Positions 8,621-22,600 of a stretch of 55,670 bases of DNA are shown here, in pieces. Made by a program: the position numbers and the translations under genes. The notes under the pieces were generated by a model. That model saw only the letters and a list, made by a program, of their open reading frames with translations, did no database searches and had not been told where the DNA came from. Every line of letters begins with the position of its first letter. Position 1 is the stretch's first letter. This DNA comes from a virus (lineage: Duplodnaviria; Caudoviricetes), in the IMG/VR virus record IMGVR_UViG_3300030118_005064, positions 1 to 55,670 of that record; one strand, 5' to 3'.

Positions 8621-10657
8621 ATGGCGACTCCAATCAGACTACTGGGCGGTTTGCAAAATGAGTTGCAAATGGATTTGCTGGCACAAGCGATTGACATCAG
8701 CGTTGACAGAAACGCTTCTCACTTCCCGACGCCCAACAACATCCTGAAACGCTTTGCGATTGATACCAACACGCCGAGAGTCATGGTGGAAATAAACGGG
8801 GTCATTATCGGTGACGAAGGCACCGAGACGCACCAAGGAGGGAGCACAATCACGGACAGTTCCGTACCGCTCCGTACACTCATCAATTTTGGTAGCATGC
8901 TACCCACCGAACCGTTCAGCGCGTTCAAACCTACAGGCTTTGGCACGGTTCACTTGACGAGTTATTCGTACGCCACCAGCAACATCAACAAGGATTTCCC
9001 AACCTTTGTCACCGACCGTCAGTACACGGTTGGGGCCACGAACACCATCAGCGGTGCCACGGCTTTGGGCAACAGGCGTGTCAAAAGGTGGGCATCGTCT
9101 GCCAACCTCTCCGCTAAAATCCAAACCACCTTGAAGTTCACAGGGAGTTCCAGCATAGGTGCTACAGGGGCACTACCAGTGGAGACCATTCTTTCGGTCG
9201 GCGGTTCGGCCATGTCCATATCAAGCAATCCAAGCGAAATAGGAGCGTCTGCTCTGTTGAATGTCGGCGACCGGGTGGTAAAGGTTGACGGTACTTTCCT
9301 TGGAGAAGTGTCGGCCTTGACTGACACGGCCGTGACTTTCAAGGATGCCTTGACTTCTGCCATAGCGGCCAACGATGAAGTCTATGTTTCACCAAAATGC
9401 TTCAATGAAAGAAACGAGTTTGTAGGGTTTGTCGTGGGCATTTACGACGACTCCAGCGTCAGTCAAGGAAACGACGCACAGTGGTACATTGAGTTCAGCG
9501 GCAACATTGAGACGAATGTCAGGGACGGCGACACGCTCACCATCAATCAAAGTAACCCGTCAATTGAAGCCACTCTTCACAACGAGTGCGTCAAATTGGT
9601 TCCCTCGTATTGGCTTGAGTCGGTGTCTCGTAATCCCAAGGGCTCTCTGTGTCAAACAGATGTCACGATGGGTCAAGGTAGTGGAAACATTGGTGTTCGT
9701 TTCCGTTTCAACGCCAGCAAGACACCTTCTTTGCTTGGAGGAAGTGACGCCATATCCATCATCCATCAAGCGAAGGCGACATCTCGTGCCTTTTCGCACA
9801 CCAGTGTGTCCGTGCCACGAGGAGATGCCGCTTTCTTTGACGCCGTAGTTGAAATACCCATCAAAGGGCTGACCACCACGGCAGGCAAAAATCCCGCAGT
9901 TATCATGGCTGAATTGCTTGAAGACGCTTTGGCAGTCTCAGGAAACATCAGTTCAGTCAATGTCAGCCCGACGGGTAAGACGCTGGCGGATGCGTTCAAG
10001 GTGACGAGACATCAATCCATTGTTGTCGTAGAGCAGATTTATCGTCCCGATAGGGACATTATCCATCCCGAGGCTATGTCCATCGTCATTCGCAAAGCGT
10101 TCCAGCCTCAAGTGTTTCAGGGTGGCGGTGTCAAAAGTAGCAGTGCGAAGAAGTCGGCCGGGGACAAAGTGCAGGATTTGATAGGGCTGGTTTCCAATTC
10201 TCAAAAGGACATTGACATGTTCCGAGGTATTCAGATACCGTACGACAGTCTCATCACCAGTTCAGGCGTGACGGGCACGGCAAGGAACTTTTTCTTGACC
10301 TTCGGTGATGTTCCTGCATCTGAAAAGGGTTCGTTGAACAACACTCGCTCGGCTTCGGAGATGATGAATCAAGTGATTTTGTCAAGCGATGCTGGAGGGA
10401 ATGTAGATGAATCAGCCAAAGAGGGCTTCTTTGACCAAGTAATTGATGCGTTGGTTCCTGAAACCGTGCAATCCCTTGTTGGCTTTTTGACAGGTGCAGT
10501 GGAAGATTTGTTCGTCACTCTTACGACGCCAAGCCACGGCAACGATGGCGGAATACGAATTATGCCGGAGAAACTTCATGTGCGATATGATGCTGGGAAC
10601 AACTACTACGCATTCACGCTGTTGCTTGTTGCGACGGACTTTGTAATAGGTGTTTGA
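8621..10657 (+). CDS. Tail-tip protein 2, paralog of 6062..8611
   Basis: Shared PIRL...IEIxGV...DEG and KSxGDKxQDL, RGIQIPY, RNFFLT motifs; GAGGTG SD. Confidence 0.65.
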   Translation: MATPIRLLGGLQNELQMDLLAQAIDISVDRNASHFPTPNNILKRFAIDTNTPRVMVEINGVIIGDEGTETHQGGSTITDSSVPLRTLINFGSMLPTEPFSAFKPTGFGTVHLTSYSYATSNINKDFPTFVTDRQYTVGATNTISGATALGNRRVKRWASSANLSAKIQTTLKFTGSSSIGATGALPVETILSVGGSAMSISSNPSEIGASALLNVGDRVVKVDGTFLGEVSALTDTAVTFKDALTSAIAANDEVYVSPKCFNERNEFVGFVVGIYDDSSVSQGNDAQWYIEFSGNIETNVRDGDTLTINQSNPSIEATLHNECVKLVPSYWLESVSRNPKGSLCQTDVTMGQGSGNIGVRFRFNASKTPSLLGGSDAISIIHQAKATSRAFSHTSVSVPRGDAAFFDAVVEIPIKGLTTTAGKNPAVIMAELLEDALAVSGNISSVNVSPTGKTLADAFKVTRHQSIVVVEQIYRPDRDIIHPEAMSIVIRKAFQPQVFQGGGVKSSSAKKSAGDKVQDLIGLVSNSQKDIDMFRGIQIPYDSLITSSGVTGTARNFFLTFGDVPASEKGSLNNTRSASEMMNQVILSSDAGGNVDESAKEGFFDQVIDALVPETVQSLVGFLTGAVEDLFVTLTTPSHGNDGGIRIMPEKLHVRYDAGNNYYAFTLLLVATDFVIGV

Positions 10658-10658
10658 A

Positions 10659-13600
10659 ATGAGTCTGCTGATTGAACCGGGCTTTGGTCTCAAGTTCAAC
10701 GGTATCAGCGATAGCGTTCTCGTTCCTGTCAACAGCAAGCAGATTCACGGAATCCAAGACGAGGGCAGAAAGGCCTTGCCGGTGTCTCTCAACGCGTTCA
10801 CTCTTGAGTCGTGGTTCATTCCCGATTGTGGCGGCGTCGTTTTTGAACAAGAGAATGTCATGCGGTTGACCGTCGGTAGTCCCAGCAGTCCGGCCCCGGC
10901 AACCTTTGAGGTGCGACTGAGAAACCCAGCAAGCGGAAGAGAAGCAATCTACACGCTGTCCACTGCCAAACCAGTGACCAAGGCTAACGGAAGGATTGCC
11001 TACTGGGACGGTGTTCTGTACCCCGCAGTGAACGAGATTCACGATGCGTACTTGGCAACTGACGCTGGCAGAAACGATGTCACTGCCTTCAACTCAGGAC
11101 ATCGTGAGTTGCTGAATGTCACCGTCATGTTTGACAGGCGAGTCATCAGCCTCTTTGTGAACGGTGACTTGGCAGTCTCTCAGACTTTGGAAGAGCCGCA
11201 TGAACTGGTTACTCAACAGAATCACATCTATTTAGGTGGGAGAGGTGGCGATTTCCGAGGGACGCTTGAGTCGGTGCATCTGTCAAAAGGCGCACTCCCC
11301 TCGGGCTATCAACAGTACGCTCCCGTCAAGAGTGACAACACGCTCGGCCTTTGGCGCTTTGAAGAGCCAATTGAGCCCATCAGTCTCATCACCACCACGC
11401 CGTCCATATCAGCGTCCACTGGTGCCAGTTCCACCGTCAATGTAGGTACAACTGCGGCACAGGCGCTTGTTGACGAGTTGACAGGGCAAAGCGGTCTGAC
11501 TTCCGTGGACTTCACTGACACCACCAAAGCGTACAACTCGGGCTCCTACTCCGTCACGGTTCACTCATCCACTTCCACCAGCACGGCGACGATTCCCAAA
11601 GTACCGTACAACATTCTCATCAATCCGCTGGGCTTCAATCAAACGACAGGTAAGCCGACAAACAAGGCACCTGAACGCATGAGACTGATGTCCGTTGACG
11701 CAAGTGCGGGCACTATCGTCGTTGAGTCCATTCACCTTGACTTTGAAGCCAACGCCTCTACTGGACGCCGAGGAGCGCTGATGGCTCACGATGCAGGACG
11801 CTTCGTTATCATCACGGGCGACTGCATCGTTGATACCGGCAAAGGCAACGAGTTTCAGCCGTACGGTAGCGGCACGCAGTTTTCACAACGGCAGGGACAG
11901 GTCTGCATTGATGAAAGCGATTACGAGAACCACGGCGTGGTTTTTTCACAAAGCATGGCCGTTGATAGTCACGAGTACAACAAGTTCTCTGCCAGCACAA
12001 CGAACATGGGCTCTGACTTACTCGCAGGTCATTGTGGACGACACACGCTGAATCATGTGGTCAGCCACCCGTTTATGGGTTTGCTCCCCCCTACGAGCCA
12101 CCACAGCGTTGACAAGAAATTGGACATGGGAAGCGATGTCATCACAGCGGCGTTCCCATCTCAGTTTTCTGATATACGCTCTACGGTTCCTGCCAACAGC
12201 ATCGTTTCCAGTTATGACATCCACTCACCCATCAAGGTCCAAAGCATCACATCGTCCACCGTCGTGTCTTCGTTGGTGGAAAACGGGATGTCCGACATCG
12301 CTGACTCACAGCGAGAAGTCTTGGCTTTTGGCGGTGAGGGTTTCAACCCTGTGCCGTTTTTGTTGAAGTCAGTGCCTTCACATCAAGAAACAGGAAACAC
12401 GCGCCACGCCATACCCTCCGTCAACTCACGCATCGCTACCTTGTCTCTCCCCAACTTGGCCACTTACGACTACGCCCCGTTCGTGCAAGTTCACTACAAC
12501 GCCCTTGACTACGAAGGCACCGAGTTCTCAGTCGGGGCTACAAGTCGCCTCACTGGTAACATCAGCGGTAGTAACAAAGTGCTTACACTTCAAAGCATCA
12601 AGTCGTTCGGCCACGACGGACAAACGATACTGGGCATGAACATACGCATCGGCGGCACTGCGGCAACGACGGACAGTCAAGTTTTCGCAACCATCAACTA
12701 CAGCGCCAAGACGCTCACATTTTCAGCCGCCGTTGCGTCAGGGTTTGCAACGGCCGCAACGACTGGAGCGATTGTGCAGAAATTGGACTTGACTCCTAAA
12801 CTCTTGGTTGAGAAGACACTGCCCAGTGTCAGTACAATCCTCACAGGCTCCTACTCCATTCTTGATTTGATTCACGATTCCATGGCAATCGGCCCGCTGA
12901 CCCTGTTTTCTCCCGGCGGTGTCATTGATTTTGAAACGCCCAGCATGCTTGCTTTGACCGATGGCCAGTTGGAAGGTGACAACTCTGAAGGCGTCGTTGC
13001 CGAAAAGGTGCTGAACCAAGACCTCTGTCCTGAAAATTATCTGCCGTTGACTTCAACTGACCCGCCCGCTACAACTCCACAAGCCATAGCGCTCGCTACT
13101 GCCGAATTGTCCAGCCGCAATTCGGTGTTCCATAGAGTCCTCGTGAGAAGCAACAAAAGTGAAATTGCTGATGTGGAGGAAGTGGCTGACGCTACGACGC
13201 AGTTGGCTTCCAACGGTAGTAGGCCACGAACCGGGGTGTTCATCAACAACGGGTCAGGTTACTCTTCCAGCACCAGCAGTGCGATGACTGTTGACGGAGC
13301 AGACGCCACCGCTTTCTTTGAGGTTGGTGACCGACTCTACAAAGCCGACGGCACAGACCTTGGAGCAATCACTGCGGTTTCAAGCACAAGCGTCACGGTT
13401 GGTGGCGGCACCACTGCCGCCGTTGTTGACGATGATGAGTTGTTCAGTCAACCGCAGATGTTTGGCTTGGGTACAACGAACCAAAGCACCTGTGTCAACG
13501 AATACTTTGACATCATTGAGCACACCTCGGTAGGGGGTCGCACGAGTCTTGTGGTACAGCCGAGCGACCGAGAGCGGCTGAACATGCTCAGCAAAATGTC

Positions 13601-16600
13601 CGACAGTTCGGATAGAGCCAACTTCATTTCCATTGAAAACCTGATTGCGAGAGGCAGAGTGGTTTCGTTTGCAGACGGTGAAGACGGCGAGTCTGTTTTG
13701 ACCGCTTACGGTACATCGGGCGACCTTGCTTCGTCCAGCGTTTATGTCAAAGGGTCCGCCGCACCTGACAGTCACATTGTCAAGGAAATCATGCCCGGTG
13801 CACCTGTCGTTACGATGATGCTCGGCGGGGTAGGGCAAGGGGCCATTAACACCAAGGAGACTTACGACCCAAGTCCACTTGCACGCCTTGCTTGGAACAC
13901 TCGGCACGATTGTCAAACGAGAGTGACCAGCACGACGAGCACGACAGCAGTCGTTGCTCCATTGAACAACAGAACGACTGACTTGCAGTCTTGGGGGACA
14001 TACTGCTTCCCCAAAGTCGGCACCGTCTACCTTGAAGTTGCCAGCAACGAAGGCGAGAGCATCAAGTTTGCAACGGCTCAGTACACCAGCAAAACAGGTG
14101 ACACATTCACCTTTGCTTCGGGTACTGGACATCAAGGCACTGGTAAGTTTGTACTTGCAGACGGAACAGAGTCCGATTCGTTTTCAGCGTGGGTCACGGC
14201 GACTGGCATGACGGCTGGAAGTGTTTTGCATGTTGACGATAAGTTCGGCGAAGAAAGCATGTGCAACGACGGAACCACCATCAACGACCGCTTGTTCCAA
14301 ACACTGGACACTGTACAACACGATTACCAACTGGGGACACAGTACGCAAGTACGAGAGCGCTTGTTGAGATTCCGTTGTTTGAGGAGTTCTTCTTTGACA
14401 GGCCCGACCAAGGTATATTTCCCGGTCCTGACAACACGATGAAAATCCACATTGACGCTACACACACGGCTCACTCTTGGGCACCGAGCCCGGTTGGTAG
14501 AAGAGTGCCATCTGTGTCACCGAGAGACCCGGAGATTTTCGGGCCGTTCTCTTACGCAATCCAAGCAGATACTCACCGTAGCGGTACCAAAGTCACGCAA
14601 CCTTACGATTCTTCTACGCACCGCATTTATGTTGAGGATGCAAGTTTGTTCCCAATACCTTCTGCACCACCTGTTTCCGTCGCAGGGCTTGGGGGTAGCG
14701 CAAGGTACCGACGCGCGTTCTTGGCAAGCGGAGAGTGGGTCATTTATTCAGCAAGAGACACCAGTAACAATTTCCTGACAGTTGTAGGTTCGGCCAGTGA
14801 TGATTTCATCGCAAGTGAGAACTTCTTCCGAGACTTGAAAGTAGGAGCGTTCATCCTCCCTGCTCCCGGCTATCAGGACATGAATTACACCGGGATTGCT
14901 GACAACCCCAGTCTCATCAGCGCAGGCTATGAGAATCGTCGCCCGTTTTACTTTGACCGCTCCAATGTGATGACGCAAGGTGGAAACACCGACTACGGAC
15001 TCAAGCAGTATGTGAGTGCAATTGAACTGCGAGCAGGTCCAAAAAGCAACCCTCACTTGCCGAAAATCAAATCCAAACGGCCACGAGCCAAGGTCATCGC
15101 AGTATCGGGTAGTCCTGCAACATCCATCACGCTGGACGACGCCAGCCTCTTCCCAAAAGACAGCCCTGACAGCGATTACAAGTTCAGGGTGGCGTGGCGA
15201 AATGCAAGTGGCACGGTGTTCAGAGGTTTTTACACCGGGAGAACAAGCAACACGCTCACCATATCCAGTTCAGATTCAGGCTTCACTCCGTCCGTAGGCG
15301 ATGAAGTCTACATTGAAGACTTGCACGCCACTGCTTCGGGTACCTTTCCAAAAGTCAAAGAGACATTCCTCAGCAGAGCATGGTCTCATCCTTTCTGTGT
15401 CGGCGGGTTGCGACAAGGTGACACGGTATGGATGAACATGCACTACACCAATCCTCATGCAATTGAAGGAATGTTCTGCAAGAGTCGGGGCACGCTCAAC
15501 GAAGCGGAGGTATGGAAAGGTTTCAACGGCGGCGTCGGCAGTCTCCATGCCAACCCAAGAGACAGCATCCCGATGGAAAACTTCCTGATTGGCGACAGTT
15601 GTGTTGAAACAGCACAGAATCTCGTTCAGCACATCAACAAGACGGTAGAGGTCAATTACGACGCACTCGGCTTAGACGAAACGCCGCCTGTTGTTGCTTT
15701 CATTGACCCTTATCAGTGCACAGAAGACTTTGCACGAGTGTTGTTGTACGATGTAGAGCATGACCGTGAGTTCATCGCTTTCCAAGACATTCACATGCAA
15801 GTCCAGTCCAGTCCTGCCGCCGCTACCATCGGTACGCAATCGGGCCTCAAAACAGGTGCCATTGTGAACAGCAACGATGCCAGCGGTTCTTTGTTAGATG
15901 TTGCCGCTGGCTTTCCCAGTCAAAACAAAAACCTCAACACCACTGCTAAATCAGACTTCATTGAGTCGGCTTACGCTCACGGTTCAAATGTCAACGAAAG
16001 CGTATCAGGAGGCTTAAGCACACACAGCGTCGGCGGTATTGAGAACACAGCAGACGACGGCTACTCCACAAGGACCAATCATGCCGTGGCGGATGTAGCG
16101 GATGCTCTTGCCAAACATCAGGAGATTGAAGCGTCTGTGCGAGAGCGGTCAACCTTTTTTGATACGCCCGACGGCACGCGTGTTATCCCTGCTTTCTTGG
16201 CGATGAAGGGCATACGCAACAGCACGCTGACGCTTGACGACACAAGATTGAATCAACTTGACCACTGGACAAAAATGGATTTCGTTCGCCGGTTGAGTGT
16301 TGATTTGGGTGAAGTAGCACTCCGAGATGGCGTTACAAACATTGAGTCTGCGGCAAGAGAAGTTGTGCGACTCATCAACCAAGCAGGTGCAAAAAATGGC
16401 AAGACGCATGCTCGTAGACCAAACGACCAGTTCCTTGGCGAAAACGACAAGTTTGACCCGGCTTCGGTCCATCAAAAGGCAGACTTTGCGGCAACGGCTT
16501 CTACGCACGACCCTGCTCCATTTTGGGATGTCAAGAAGGCGTTTGCAAATCACGACCGAGGGACACACATGGGCTATGTCCGGGCGCACTTGGGCCGTGT

Positions 16601-19600
16601 AGTCCTTGACTCTGATGGTAACCAAGGCTTTTCCGTCGTTATCCACTCAACCATCCCCGGTGCAAGCGGTCGCAATTTCTGCGCTTGGCTTGACGCCAGT
16701 CGGGCACAAACGCCGTACCGACCGCAATACCTCATCGGTCACGGCGGTCGGTTCCGCAACTACTGGTGCCAACCTGATGAAATCAGTGGAGAGAACATGC
16801 ACCCGGCACCGATGCCCATCAATCGTTTCGGTAGACCGTTTGCACCAATCACGACACTCAAGGAGTATCTACCACCCGAAAATGTTGACGATGAGACGAT
16901 GAACAATCTCAACTTCGGTGCTGACACAGTGGACAGCGGAACGAACTTGCAGTTCTCCAACACAGAGGTTGTTTCAGGAAGAACCAGCAATACGCTTCTG
17001 AATGAGTCGTTTGAAACTCAAAGCCCTGCATCGGCACTCGTTGATGGTCTGAGAGTGGGTACGAAGGCCAAATCAAGAATCAATTTTGGCGGAATGACCA
17101 TGGCTGGCATACCCGGCTGGTCGCCTGACTTGAGTAAGTGGGGCTACACTAACGACGGTACGGTCAACGCCACAAGGTACGGCAACGCGTCCAATGCCTC
17201 TGACGCCATGACCGTGACAACAGAAGGAAGCGACGACGGCTACATCCCCAAGACGGACATGTTGGCAGAAAACATCGGTAGTCGTCCACTTTACGGTCTG
17301 CGCTTTGAAGACCATCGTGGGGACAATCACACCATCCGTTTGTTGTACAAACAGTTCGGCAAGTCCTTTTCAGGCGAAAACACCTACCTGCCTCCGACAC
17401 TGGACGAAGAGGTCATCGTTCACTTTGACGACCGAGATGTAGGACAAGGTGGATTTACCATCGGTCGGCACATTGTCGGCACAGGTGAAGTTTGCGGCGA
17501 AAAGACTGGAGGCAGTGCCAAGAAGTTCAAAGGAAACCTTTGGAACACCTACCCGTCTCCAATCGTGGGAGTCAAAGTCGCTACATCGCTGTCCAGTGGT
17601 ACCATGACGGTGACGCTGGACGCACCGTATGACACCAGTGCACCTGCCGTGATGCAATCTCACCCCGACATCCTTGGCTACCTTGGTTTCCCAAAGAGCG
17701 GAATGTTCCAACTGTCAAAGCACGGCACGGGCGGTAGTGACCACCAAGGGTTGACATTTTACTACACGAGCAGAACACACAACAATTACAGCGGCAGTCA
17801 CAAGTTTTTCGGTGTACTCGGCGGTTCTGCCAGCCACAGCAACGGCGACTGGTACATGAGTCCAAGAATCAACTTCACGAGTCTCTTGACGGATGAAGTG
17901 ATTGCGGCGGCAGTGGCTCACGCTATCAACATGGAAAGCACCACACAAGACAACATTGAGGCAACTTCGTTTGACTGCACTGACATGTTCGCACCCGATG
18001 GACGCACCTTGGGTGAGTGGGGTGTGAGTCCGACAGCCATCCGAATCAAGGTGCGGTCGGATTCCAAGGTGCCACTCAACCGCCTGTTTGAAGCCAATGT
18101 AGCAAAGGACTTCGGATTGCTGGATGGTGTTTCCACAGAAACAGTGGACAGTGGGACGCATTTGCAAGGCTTAACGGACGCTGACAAGGATGCCGGAGTG
18201 AGGCTGGACATCGGGTACATACCGAAGACCGTCTTGCACATCAGCACAAAGTACAGAGGGACCAATGCAAACACCGCTACCCCAGTGTTGGTTGACAGTC
18301 AAAACAGTGTCGTTGACATCATTGACTGGCAGAGAAATCTGAGAGGAGAAAACTTCACTGACATCGCAGGTGACCACATCATCCCACGGGTGGACTCTCC
18401 TTGTGTAGAGGTGCATTCTTTTTCGGACCCTGACATCAGCGTAGCCACGAATGAATCGTGGGCTCTGCTTGGCAAACCAGCGTCTGACACAGCCAACAGT
18501 TGGGGTGAACCCTTCATCGTTTGGCACAGTAGCAACGCTTGGGCAAGAGTGCGAAGTAAGGCAGGCGTCAGTGACCCCGAAGAAGTGGTGACCATTGAAA
18601 GTAAAAGCACCAACCCAGTGGCATTCCCCAACCCTGCCGCAAACGACATTCTTTGGAAGCGAAGTTCAACCTATCGTGATTTTTCACAGATAGACGGTGT
18701 GAGGATAGCGGGTAGCAAAAACTCCAGTCCGTTTCTGCACTTCCGAGGTGGACGGGACAGCCCTGACCACTATGTTCCTCTCTACTTTGGTGGTGGTTTT
18801 AGCGGCGTCGTGACGGACATCAATGACGGTACGCAGAACGACTATGCTGATTTCTACACACATCCATACTCCAATGGACCCACCGGTTCGGCTGGTTTCC
18901 AAAATGTAGGAGAAATCGCTGGTTCGTTTGCACTCATTGACACCAACGCCATGATGGCCATGTTCCCCGGCACGGTCTACCTTGACCAGCACAAAGGACA
19001 GAATCATCCCCCTTTCTTCAATCAGGATGCCATACTACCCTTTGACATGACCAAGGGAGCAAACAGCAAAGCGACTGGATTGGACTACACGGACGGTACG
19101 AACTCTGTCCACGCTAACATCCCGAGCCCTGTCATTCTGCGCTTCGCTCATCCGCATGCCCGCTACAAGCACGATAGCAGTGCGAGTGACGCCACAACTT
19201 ACATGATTTTTGGACCGGGACAGGCTTTCCCGCATAACACAGCAACAACTGAACCACAGGGTGCAAACATTGTCACCGCTGGCAACGGCTACAGTGCAGT
19301 GCCAATTCACATCGGTGGCGATGCAAGTAAGGATTCGTTCTTGCCGAACCAATTGGCTAACGGAGACAGCGGAGAACACAGCGGTTTCAACAGAGGAAAC
19401 GCTTTGGCTCACTTGCCCATGACCACTTTCTTTCAGAAGAACAATGTTTCCGGTTTCAATTACACGATGAACTGGCAACCGACAAAGGGCTTTCCGAATG
19501 TGAATGCTTCCGGCTCTCGCACATACTCGCAAACTAACATCATGGGGTTCTTTTACGAAGGGTCAGACCAATCAGTCACAGGACTTCCCAAGCACTATCA

Positions 19601-22600
19601 CCCGTTCAATCACATCTTTGATGACATCAGCAGTAACGCTGTTGGCGGTTCAAGCCATCCGACTACGAGAAAGTCATCTGTCATTTGGCACATGGATGGA
19701 GGGTATCACCCCGGCGGTCATTTCCTTGACGACCATGTACGGAAGAATCCCAAAAATCATGCGGCAAGTGCATTTTTGTCAACGGGTAGCGGTGCTAAAC
19801 ACAACACAAGTGCCTTCCGACCTGCTGGACTTCTTGCCAAGGCTTACCTCAGTTACTATGGGGGTTCGCCTGACAATCAAGTGTTGGACGACAATGTTGT
19901 CGTGGTGGATGCCACACGCTGTCAAAACGCAGAAGAACTTGGTGCAGTGCTCAGCGGTGCCATTAACACCTTCCCCGGCAAAGACCCGTTGAAGGCGATT
20001 GGCGGCACTTTCATGCCCAGTATGCAGAACGCTCACAAGCAAGACCGCTACGGTTGGGTAGAATTGGCAGTGAACGAGTACAATGCCGAAAACGGCGGGA
20101 CACCTGCTTCTTTGCGAGTCACCAGCACGACGACAACACTTCCCGATTACGGTTGGCTAAGAGTCAGTAACGGCACCACTGCGGGCTTTGCGCCTTACAT
20201 TTCTCACAGCGTTTCAGCACCAAACATAACATTTACGCTTGCGAAGAACACCATCACTTCCAACACCAATGTGGTAGACCCCCAAGCACGCAGTGCAATT
20301 ACACCTGACTCAAACTACAAAGCGTATGTTTGGGCCAAGGCAGGCACTCATCGCTTCAACAACGCCGCCTCCGGCGCTTCAAGAGACCACATAACGCAGG
20401 TTCACTTCGGCGGGTTCCAAGACGCCGTTGACAGGACCAAGCCGGTCGGCGCTGTAGGATGGCACGGTGAGGCCTATTCGTACCTCAATTCGTATGAGGC
20501 TTCCAACAAAATAGGTGCCAATTTGCACCCTGCTGGCTTGGGGGCATGGCATCCGTTCTTGGGCTTCAATCCTTACGGGGCCGCAGAAACTTGCGTCAGT
20601 GGAGGAAGCCCGGTCAGCAAACTTGCGGAAGGCGGTGCAGTCGTGTCGTTTTACGAGGATTACTGCGTGAGTGGACTTGCCAGTCGTCATCTCGTAGCCA
20701 TCACTCACGAAAGCGAGTTGCCGTTGATTGCGAAAGCCGACAAAGACGGCGTGAGTGGAATGGGCGATTGGTTGCATGTTGGCCAAACAGGCAACATTGA
20801 GCATGCTGGTACGGTGGCATGGGACGCAAGCAAGGTGCACAACAAAGACCGTTATGTCGGCACCGCTACGGCCGGACCGCATGTAGAAGCGCAGGTTCAC
20901 TCGGGTTTCTCGTTGCCCACGGCGAGCAGTGATTACCCTGCCGTTGGTAGCGCACCTTCTGACTCACAACTGCACAGAACCATCCAAAGCGGTGACATGG
21001 TGCGAGCAAATGCTTGCAACTATCCAACTGGGGATTTGTTTTGGGACGAATCTGTTGTGAAAAACTCGGCTTTCCACGAGGACAGAGGGACATACGGTGT
21101 TGAGTGTATAGGAGTCAGCGACCGGAACGACTACCTGAACACTGCCGCAACGCCCTACAAAGGTCTGTACAACTACTACAACGAGCGTAGTGCGGCTCGC
21201 AATTTCTTGCCGGAGCATGTCGTGTGGAAGCGCATGGACGGCGGCAGTGTGACCATGCCCGCTGTCAACGCTCGTGGGCTCGGAATGATACCGTGGACGA
21301 AGCGAAAGGACGGTAGTGAGTACAAAACCGTCGGCGAAAAAATCCTTGGCAACAACCGATTTTCTTTTGAGACGACCAACGCCGCCATGTTCCCCATCAT
21401 CCAAGCACAGGAGTTGTCGCATCCACAGTTGGCGGAACAACATCCGCTTGAAATCAGAAACGCCCTGTTGATTCCCAACGAGCACATCCAGTTCCAAAGT
21501 GTCAGTGTCGTTGACGATACCGGGCAAGAACACCGGTTGGAGGGTGGTAGCCCACTTGGAACGGTCATCATGGACTTCCGGCACATCAGTGACCGTGAAA
21601 TTGAAGGCCTTGCTCCTGCCCTTGCTGGTGCAGGTGTAAGTCCAAATCTCAAAATTCGCTTGCCCAATCCTGACGAGATTCCCGGCAACATCGTGGTCAG
21701 GTCAGGATTTGACCGCTTACAGGGCTATCAAAACGAAACCATCGGTAGCGGTGGCCTGCAACACCCTGCACAGGCGAGTGCTCAACTCCAGTCAATGTTC
21801 GGCAACTCACAGCCGGGACCAAGGCTGTTTCCAACATGGGAGAACAACGGTTGGGAACATCTCAGTCAGGATGCAGAAGACATCTCCTCCGACACGAGTC
21901 ACAGTCGCTTGAAGTTCCCTGCTTCTACTTCCGAAGGTTGGAGTGACCACACTGATAACGCCCCTCTTGATTCTGCTTACGAGCCACACGACCGAAGTCT
22001 GTTCTTCCATGTCACTCGCATGGGCGTGTCCATGACGCATCGTTACGATGTTGACGAACTGACCTACTCCAGTTTCAGCGGTACAGAAATCACCGTCGGG
22101 TCTACACCCGAAGCGGCTACATGGACGGATTCAAACGAGCAAAGTAGCGGTCGGTATTTCCTGCGCGTTTATGACCCAACGACCGACAAAGGCGTCATCG
22201 CTTCGTACACGGGAGTGGGGACAAACAAGTTCACAGGCGTCGTCTACAGTCCCGACTTCTCGTCATTCGTGGCCGGGAAGACTGGACTCAAGGTTGTCCC
22301 ATCGTACTACATGCCTGCTGGCTCAACAAGGCTGTTTGCGGCAAGGCGATTACGAGACCACGCAGAGTACAGCGGTGCCAGTCCTGACATGAAGTCCATT
22401 GATTGGTTCACGCTTTACAGCAATCTACCTGCAAACACTGGTGCCATGGCGGCAACATCCACAGCCTACACCAACTTGACCAAACCGAAAATGACACCAA
22501 TGCCCATACCAAGAATGGGGCATCATCATGTCAATGCCACCATGGCACTGATGCCCGGACACTACGCTCACCCTGCTTACCAGCGACTGTACGACCTCAA

